A stretch of DNA of 64,000 nt from Polyangiaceae bacterium. GTDB taxonomy: Bacteria; Myxococcota_A; Polyangia; Polyangiales; Polyangiaceae. The number at the start of each line of letters is the position of its first letter. The first letter of the stretch is position 1. Under the pieces are notes generated by a model. That model was not told where the DNA came from. It worked only from the letters and a program-made list of their open reading frames with translations, and searched no databases. The DNA is taken from positions 672,001-736,000 of the forward strand of contig CBDCTZ010000013.1 in NCBI GenBank assembly GCA_965222375.1. Reading direction: 5' to 3'. Position numbers and translations under genes: made by a program. This document shows positions 57,856 through 64,000 of the stretch, one piece after another.

Positions 57856-59415
57856 CTACGGCCGCACGAAGACGACCGTGCCGCGGTCTTTGTTCAGCAC
57901 CGAGTGCCAGCCGTCGGGAACGATGGGGTCGGTCCACTCGAACAGCCACGCGGCGTCGATGGGTGAAAGGTTGACGCAGCCATGGCTTCGCACCTTGCCA
58001 AACTCGTCGTGCCAATAGGTCCCATGCAGAGCGTAACCCTTGTGAAAGTACTGCACGAAGGGCACGTCCAGCAGGTTGTAGGAGTCGCTCTTGTCCTCGC
58101 TGCCATCCATGGTGGCAGAAACGTGCTTGCTGTGAATCATGAAGCTGCCCCGCGCCGTGGCGTGCACCTTCTCTGGGTCCCCCAAGCCACCACGCCCAGT
58201 ACTCACCAAGGTCACGTAGACGGGCTTCTTGCCGACGTAGGCCACCAAGGACTGCTGGCGGATCGAAATGTCGATCCACTTGCGAGTGCCCACGGCGAAG
58301 CTAGGAAAGCTCGTTCGCGCTTTGATGATGCGCAGCCCCTCGACGGGAATGTAGCTGCCGTCCCGGACCTCGAAGAAGCCCAGCCGGCGCTTGCCGGTCA
58401 GTTTCAGGGCCTGACGGTGGCGCAGGTTTTCCTTGGGAGACATCTGGCCCGCGTCGTTGGCCTTGAAGCTCTGGGAATAGTGGGATTCCAAGAAGGCGAC
58501 GGGCAACACTTCGCCTTCGGTCAACTCGGCGCCGTGGAACTCCGACGGTTTGACCACTCGCGTTCGATCCAGGGCGATCACGTCGAGCTCCGTAGTGAGG
58601 CCAAAGACTCGACCTTCGTGCTCGAAGACCTTCATGATCGCGAAACCACTATCCGGGGCCGCGCGACCGGCGTGCACGGCAAAGTGCAGATGACGGGGCA
58701 CGCCGTAGGCCTTCTGGATCTTCTCTTTGGTCGACAAGAAATCTGGAGGCGCGCCGGGTTCGCCCAAGATCTTCATGACCCCCTTCGCGGCCAGGCGCTC
58801 CTTCCAGCGGATCACGCGAGCCAAGATCCCCTTGCCTTCCACCTTTTCCATCTCGGCTTTGCTGACCAAGCGGAAGTAGCGCAGAGGAGCCACCTCTCCC
58901 GCCAGGGCGTAGAGATAAGGCAGACCCTGACCACGAACTGGTCGCACGGAGTTGGACACGACAACGGGGTTGTCGATCTTCAGCGTAGCGCCCTTGCCCA
59001 AGCATACGAAGCCGCGGGGATTGACCCGGTACCAACCGCCTTTGCAGCCGTCGTTGACTAGCGCCGGCCCACGGGCGTCGATGATGGCGCCAGCCCGCAT
59101 GTAGCCATAGCGCGTGCGCTTGGGTCCCGTGTCCGTGTAGATCCAGGTTCGCCAGGCGATGGAGGCGACGCGGGTTCCATCGGGCTCGAAGGGCAAGTTA
59201 TCCCGAACGGTGCCCAACACGTCCTTGGCCAGAGTGGCACCCTTGGCCGTGCGCTTCACTCCCTTGGGGCCGACCAGCAGGCCGCCGCCAGCCGAACCCG
59301 CGGCGCGCACCGTGGTCGCGGACGAGTCTTCCGCGGTGGCCCCAGGCGGTTCCCGCCGTTCGACGCAACCGGCGGTCAGGACGCTGATGGCGATGAAGGC
59401 GAACACCTGGCGCAT
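57856..59415 (-). CDS. L,D-transpeptidase (YkuD) family lipoprotein
   Basis: MRQVFAFIAISVLTAG-C lipobox; ALHGTYWH...SHGCVNLS. Confidence 0.9.
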   Translation of the reverse strand: MRQVFAFIAISVLTAGCVERREPPGATAEDSSATTVRAAGSAGGGLLVGPKGVKRTAKGATLAKDVLGTVRDNLPFEPDGTRVASIAWRTWIYTDTGPKRTRYGYMRAGAIIDARGPALVNDGCKGGWYRVNPRGFVCLGKGATLKIDNPVVVSNSVRPVRGQGLPYLYALAGEVAPLRYFRLVSKAEMEKVEGKGILARVIRWKERLAAKGVMKILGEPGAPPDFLSTKEKIQKAYGVPRHLHFAVHAGRAAPDSGFAIMKVFEHEGRVFGLTTELDVIALDRTRVVKPSEFHGAELTEGEVLPVAFLESHYSQSFKANDAGQMSPKENLRHRQALKLTGKRRLGFFEVRDGSYIPVEGLRIIKARTSFPSFAVGTRKWIDISIRQQSLVAYVGKKPVYVTLVSTGRGGLGDPEKVHATARGSFMIHSKHVSATMDGSEDKSDSYNLLDVPFVQYFHKGYALHGTYWHDEFGKVRSHGCVNLSPIDAAWLFEWTDPIVPDGWHSVLNKDRGTVVFVRP

Positions 59416-59480
59416 GCAGAGCCGAGGGCTACCACAAGTTGTGCCTTGGGAAAGCCCCCGACTGCGGGCTACGGTCAGGC

Positions 59481-59945
59481 ATGGGCCTCCCAGCGGGTTT
59501 GTTCGTACTGATGAAGGAGGTGGCGCGCCACGTGCTCCGCCGCCCGGTGGTGGGGATCGTCGCCGTGGCCCGCACGCCCAGCGACAAGATCGTGCTGATT
59601 CGACGCACGGACACGGGCCAATGGGCACTGCCGGGCGGCACGCTGGAGTGGAACGAAAGTCTTCGAGATGCCTGCGAGCGGGAGCTGCGAGAAGAAGCCG
59701 GAGCGGAAACCATCGAACTCGGCGATCTAGTCGGGGTCTACTCCGCGCCCTGGCGCGATCGACGCTTTCACGCCGTCACCGTCGTGGTGCGAGCAACGGT
59801 ACGGGAGCCGTCGGGCAAGCCAATGAACCCTGCGGAGATCTCCGAGGTCGGAAGCTTCGCCGAGGAGTCGCTGCCTGAGCCGCTGGCCCACGGCATGAGC
59901 GAAATGTTGGGAAGTGCACTGAGCGACAAAACCCGATGGGAGTGA
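59481..59945 (+). CDS. NUDIX hydrolase
   Basis: WALPGG.LE..E....ACERELREEAG Nudix box. Confidence 0.92.
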   Translation: MGLPAGLFVLMKEVARHVLRRPVVGIVAVARTPSDKIVLIRRTDTGQWALPGGTLEWNESLRDACERELREEAGAETIELGDLVGVYSAPWRDRRFHAVTVVVRATVREPSGKPMNPAEISEVGSFAEESLPEPLAHGMSEMLGSALSDKTRWE

Positions 59946-60013
59946 CGTTTTCCCGAGGCCGATCCCGACCGGTCAGACAATCCCCTTGTCGCCGCAGGTC
60001 CCTCGGCTAGAAA

Positions 60014-61255
60014 ATGAGCGTACTGAGGAACATGCACTCGTCCGCTTCGAATCGTCCCGACCGCGATCCTTGGCTCGCCCACGTCGTCATCCGCGTGATC
60101 GGAATCACTATCGCCCTGACCGCCACCGGTTGCGGCGTGATCGGTGGCATCTTCGGCGGACTGAAGGCGGACGCGGTGGCCACATCCGCCGAGCCTCCGG
60201 CCAACGTCGCGGTTTACCTGTCAGTACGAGACGGCAGCGACCCCATCACCGACTTGTCGGCCGCGAATTTCAAGCTGCTGGAGAACGGTCAACCCCTGAG
60301 CAGCAAGACCTCACAGCTGGTGCTGCTGGACCGGGACGCCGTCGCGCTGCACCGCGTGCTTTTGCTCGTCGACGTCAGCAAAGCGGAGAGCGGCGGCGTG
60401 CGGCGGGAGCTTGCCCGAGGGGTCGCCAGCTTCGTACAGTCCGTGCGCAAACGGCAGGCGGTCACGGTCATGGCCTTCGACGGGCGTGCCGAACCGGTCC
60501 TGGTGGCCGACTATCCGGTAGGTACGACAGACAAGCCGGAGCCCCTGGTTTTCGTGGAGCCAAGAGACGCGTCCCGCAACCTCAACGGCGCAGTCATGCA
60601 CGGTATCAAGCAGCTCAACGCTCGCCTGATGACGGCCAAGAAGCCGATTCGAGTCGGCACTCTCGTGATCTTCACCGCCGGACCGGATCTGGCCGCCCGG
60701 GTTACACGCGCAGAAGCCGAAGAAAAGATCCGCACGTCACCCCACCACGTCGTGGCCGTGATCGTGGCGAAGGAGGAGCAGGAGGTCGATCTCGGTGAAG
60801 CGGCCAAGGACGGCCTATTCCGCGCGCCAAGCTTGCAGATGGCGGGCATAGGGCTGGATGAAGCCGCCCGAGGCGTCAACGCCCTCGAGCAGCAGTACTA
60901 CCTATTGTCGTATTGCTCGCCGGCCCGCGCGGGAAAGCGACGGCTATCCATCGAGGTGACGCGCACCACTCTGGAAGGCAAAGAGCAGAACGCCACGGCG
61001 GAAGTGGACTTCGATGCTTCGGGCTTCGGCCCCGGCTGCGATCCCCAACGCACACCCCGCTTTGCCAGCGGCACGGCGCCGGTCCCCGTCGAAGCTCCTC
61101 CTCCGCCCGAGGAGCCGCCGACTGAAGAGCCGCCCAAGCCCGTCAAGAAAGCCCCCCCGAAGCCTCCGCCGACGAAGAAGCCTCCACCCAAGGATGAGGC
61201 CGCGCCTCCGCCGGACTTGCCCGGCTACGCCCCCCTCTCCGACGACCCCAAGTAA
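60014..61255 (+). CDS. vWA-like domain lipoprotein with Pro-rich tail
   Basis: Lipobox TGC; ITDLSAANFKLLENG, LLLVDVS, LVIFT, YYLLSYCSP. Start uncertain. Confidence 0.7.
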   Translation: MSVLRNMHSSASNRPDRDPWLAHVVIRVIGITIALTATGCGVIGGIFGGLKADAVATSAEPPANVAVYLSVRDGSDPITDLSAANFKLLENGQPLSSKTSQLVLLDRDAVALHRVLLLVDVSKAESGGVRRELARGVASFVQSVRKRQAVTVMAFDGRAEPVLVADYPVGTTDKPEPLVFVEPRDASRNLNGAVMHGIKQLNARLMTAKKPIRVGTLVIFTAGPDLAARVTRAEAEEKIRTSPHHVVAVIVAKEEQEVDLGEAAKDGLFRAPSLQMAGIGLDEAARGVNALEQQYYLLSYCSPARAGKRRLSIEVTRTTLEGKEQNATAEVDFDASGFGPGCDPQRTPRFASGTAPVPVEAPPPPEEPPTEEPPKPVKKAPPKPPPTKKPPPKDEAAPPPDLPGYAPLSDDPK

Positions 61256-61611
61256 TGGGCCAGCGCTCGGTCAGCGTCGAGTTGCGAGAACACGGCGTGG
61301 TCCGAGGGCGCGGCGAGCAAACGCTTACGTGGTGGGTCAAAGATCGCGACCTGTGGCGGCGCGTCACGGAAATGCCGGGAGCCACCCTCACCTCCGAAGA
61401 TCCGGGCCCGGGCACGATCTGGCAGCGCCGCATCGAACTGTCTCTCAGCGTCGGCACGGCCCTGGAGCGGGTCGTCGCGGAGCCAAAGCCCGACGCGTCC
61501 CGGGATGTGCTGATGCACTTGGAGCAGGGCAAGAAGGCCGGACGCACCGTTCAACGCACGCGCTACCGAGTGAACGCTCGCGGAGGTCTCGCACACATCG
61601 ACGACGATTGA
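61255..61611 (+). CDS. Hypothetical protein
   Basis: 118-aa ORF with TAATG overlap to the upstream gene. Confidence 0.55.
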   Translation: MGQRSVSVELREHGVVRGRGEQTLTWWVKDRDLWRRVTEMPGATLTSEDPGPGTIWQRRIELSLSVGTALERVVAEPKPDASRDVLMHLEQGKKAGRTVQRTRYRVNARGGLAHIDDD

Positions 61612-61678
61612 CCGGAACGCCTGGGCCTGCTCTCCTGCCGTTGGCTGGGCTCCCCACGGCTCCGCCAGAGGAGGACGT

Positions 61679-63256
61679 TTGAGACACTGGGCGGCAATCG
61701 GGTGCATGGGTATGGTGCTTTCGCTAGCGAACGCTGCCGCCGCCTCGAGCGCCGTGGAGTTTCCAGACAACGGCGTGGCGCAGTTTTCCCGGGGCGGCGC
61801 TTGGCTCGCCACGGCCACGGATCCCATCGCCGGTTTCTACAACCCAGCGGCACTAGCGACCCAAACCAATAGCTTCGGCGTCGGCGTCAACATCGCGATC
61901 CAGAAGATCTGCTACACGCGCCACGGCCCGGGAGACACGGAGATCGGCCCGAGCGCGGGCTTCGAAGCCAACGGTCTCACCTACGAAGAAGTCTGCAATT
62001 CGAACTCGGGCCGCGCCAATGCCATCCCCAACCTGGCCGGGGTTTGGCGTCCTCATAGCCGCTTCGCCCTCGGTTTGACCATTACGCCGCCCGCCTCCTA
62101 CGGCACGACCAAATGGCCTGACCGAGCGTCGTCCTCGGGTCGAAGCGAACCCATCCCCGCCGCCCAGCGTTACCTGTCCCTCAAGGTCCAAGGCACCGTG
62201 CTCTACCCGACGCTATCCGCCGCCTATTCCATCACCGATCGCTTGCACGTGGGTGCAGGTTTCGTGGCGGGTCTGGCGTTCTTGGAGCTTGAGAGCATGT
62301 CTATCAGCAACGTGCAAGAGACCAACCAAGTCGACAACCACGAGCAAGACACGCGCAGCAAGATCACGGTCAAAGACATCTTCGTGCCCGGTGCCGTAGC
62401 GTCCGTGCTCTTCGAGGCGAATGACAACCTCGACTTTGCAGCTTGGGGGCGCATCAGCGACTCGATTCGGGCCAAGGGCGATCTGGAAGTCATTGCCCCC
62501 TACTTCACCGCAACCGGCTTGCCCCGCACCCAATGCGACTACCCCGGCCAAACCCAGGATGATCCTGGCGCCAAATGCGCAGACACGACGCAGAGCAAGA
62601 CCCAAGCGGGCGAAGATGCCGCCGAAGTGACCGTGGCCGTGCCCATGGAGCTTCGCATTGGCGCCCGCTTCCATGTGCCCCGCCCTGCCGCCACGGGCAT
62701 CGCTCTGGAAAAACAGCGCAAAGATGCGTTCCGAACCCGAGACCCGCTGCGCGACGACCTCTTCGATGTCGAGCTGGATCTGACTTACGCCAACAACAGT
62801 CAAGCAGACGTGATCGAAGTGCGTTTCCCCAGCGGCATCAACGTGCTCGGCCTACCCGGCACCGTGCCCGAAAACGCCGATCGCCCCACGGGCTACAAGA
62901 ACAGCTTCGGCGCACGGCTGGGCGGCCAGTACAACCTGCTGCGCAACCGCATGGGGATCCGCGCTGGCACTTGGGTCGAGACCAGCGCGGTCGACGACGA
63001 ATACTTAACCGTAACGGGAGTACCGGCTCTGCGAGCAGGCTTGGCCACAGGCTTGGTCTTCCGCGCCCACCGCGTGGATTTGGAGCTCGGCTACATGCAC
63101 GCCTTCAACGCCGGTTTGGACAACGGCGGCGACGGCAAGCTGCGAGCCATCGCCGGCTCGGGCTCGCAGGACAATCGCAGCTACCACGCCGTCAACGGCG
63201 GCAGCATCACTCAGAACGCTGACGTGTTTTCGGTCGGCGCAGTGACTCGGTTCTGA
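61679..63256 (+). CDS. FadL/TodX-like outer-membrane transport protein
   Basis: Signal peptide; N-terminal hatch RGGA..A...D...GFYNPAAL; beta-strands; C-terminal Phe. Confidence 0.82.
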   Translation: MRHWAAIGCMGMVLSLANAAAASSAVEFPDNGVAQFSRGGAWLATATDPIAGFYNPAALATQTNSFGVGVNIAIQKICYTRHGPGDTEIGPSAGFEANGLTYEEVCNSNSGRANAIPNLAGVWRPHSRFALGLTITPPASYGTTKWPDRASSSGRSEPIPAAQRYLSLKVQGTVLYPTLSAAYSITDRLHVGAGFVAGLAFLELESMSISNVQETNQVDNHEQDTRSKITVKDIFVPGAVASVLFEANDNLDFAAWGRISDSIRAKGDLEVIAPYFTATGLPRTQCDYPGQTQDDPGAKCADTTQSKTQAGEDAAEVTVAVPMELRIGARFHVPRPAATGIALEKQRKDAFRTRDPLRDDLFDVELDLTYANNSQADVIEVRFPSGINVLGLPGTVPENADRPTGYKNSFGARLGGQYNLLRNRMGIRAGTWVETSAVDDEYLTVTGVPALRAGLATGLVFRAHRVDLELGYMHAFNAGLDNGGDGKLRAIAGSGSQDNRSYHAVNGGSITQNADVFSVGAVTRF

Positions 63257-63341
63257 GGTTTGTTTTTGGGGTCAACGCCCTTCGTGACACCCGACGGGGG
63301 GCGGCGTTGGGCCGCTACTCTCGACTTAGGCACGGCTTTGT

Positions 63342-63370
63342 CGACTTATATGCATATTGCATATAAGTCG
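63342..63370. promoter_or_regulatory. AT-rich perfect palindrome, candidate protein-binding site
   Basis: CGACTTATATGCA-TAT-TGCATATAAGTCG. Confidence 0.55.
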
Positions 63371-63608
63371 CGGGCGTGAACTCGGGAAGCGCTGGCGACT
63401 CTCGAGTTCGCTGAAGCCCAGGGGCTATGCGCCACCCGTGTCTCCCGAGTTGCACGCTCGCTTCAACCACATCATCGGAAGCCTCGTCAGAATCGTGCAC
63501 CGCCCATAGCACTATGCTGGGAGAGCGCGCTCACGACGCGTCAGCCCTGCCGCAGCCACCGTCAGAAGCGGAAAGACAACCAGGGCCAGGCCCTCTGCCA
63601 GCACCAGG

Positions 63609-64000
63609 TTATTGCGCCAGGGCTTGGTCGATCTTGCTCAACACGGCGCTTTCGTTCATGCCGTGGGCTTTGTAAGTCACGACTCGGTTGGCATCAAGGA
63701 TGGCGCTGGGCGCGGTGTAGTTGGAGGTTTTGAGCTTGCTCCAGGCAGCGCCGGTGGGATCTTCGTACACGCGCACGTTGGAGATCCCAGCGAGCTCGTA
63801 GGCGTCCCGCCAGGTCGCACAGCTCGTGCCGTTGTCGTTGTACAAGATGTGCGCCACGGCAACGTCCTTGGACGCGACTTTTTGGGCCACGGAACTCGTG
63901 AAGCCCGCGGTGGCCTTGCAGGTGGGGCAGTGGCTGTGCGCGACGAAGATCCAGGTGGCCTTGGCGCCGCAGAGATCATCGATCGTGGCAGGCTGACCCG
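63609..64000 (-). CDS. Thioredoxin-fold (redoxin) protein, 5' end outside the window
   Basis: Manual extension of the 63609-63890 frame gives GQPATIDDLCGAKATWIFVAHSHCPTCK (CxxC); later TAPSAILDANRVVTYK. Confidence 0.78.
   Translation of the reverse strand, partial: GQPATIDDLCGAKATWIFVAHSHCPTCKATAGFTSSVAQKVASKDVAVAHILYNDNGTSCATWRDAYELAGISNVRVYEDPTGAAWSKLKTSNYTAPSAILDANRVVTYKAHGMNESAVLSKIDQALAQ

Noticed and set aside
63342..63370. dif (XerCD) site
   Set aside because: Fully symmetric with a 3-nt centre; lacks the 11-6-11 layout and a TTATGTTAAAT-like XerD arm
63427..63675. 82-aa ORF after the palindrome
   Set aside because: No recognisable motif or clear RBS, and it overlaps the convergent redoxin gene

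Overview
GC-rich, gene-dense chromosomal window. Gene content (three Hanks-type Ser/Thr kinases, PEGA/TPR proteins, Cys-rich lipoproteins with Gly/Thr linkers, FHA-GGDEF, hybrid CheA) points to a myxobacterium, probably Polyangiales; this is an inference. Housekeeping genes include dtd, a HIT-family hydrolase, argJ, metK, glnB-glnA, ruvB, amtB and tRNA-Thr(CGT). A cobalamin riboswitch lies upstream of a surface lipoprotein at the left edge. I see no intact transposase, integrase, cas gene or rRNA. The most interesting signals are: (1) a coupled Ser/Thr kinase-GNAT-histidine kinase-catalytically degenerate histidine kinase-amidase run with no response regulator; (2) a decayed DUF559-type nuclease gene surrounded by palindromic repeat arrays and phased CTGACAT boxes; (3) a tRNA-Thr 3'-end duplication enclosing a hairpin-rich 112-nt unit, next to a 36/36/36 repeat-spacer-repeat; (4) 11-bp-phased GAAAC boxes upstream of both glnB-glnA and amtB; (5) an isolated AT-rich perfect palindrome between convergent genes. 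All family calls come from motif recognition by eye; no database search was run.
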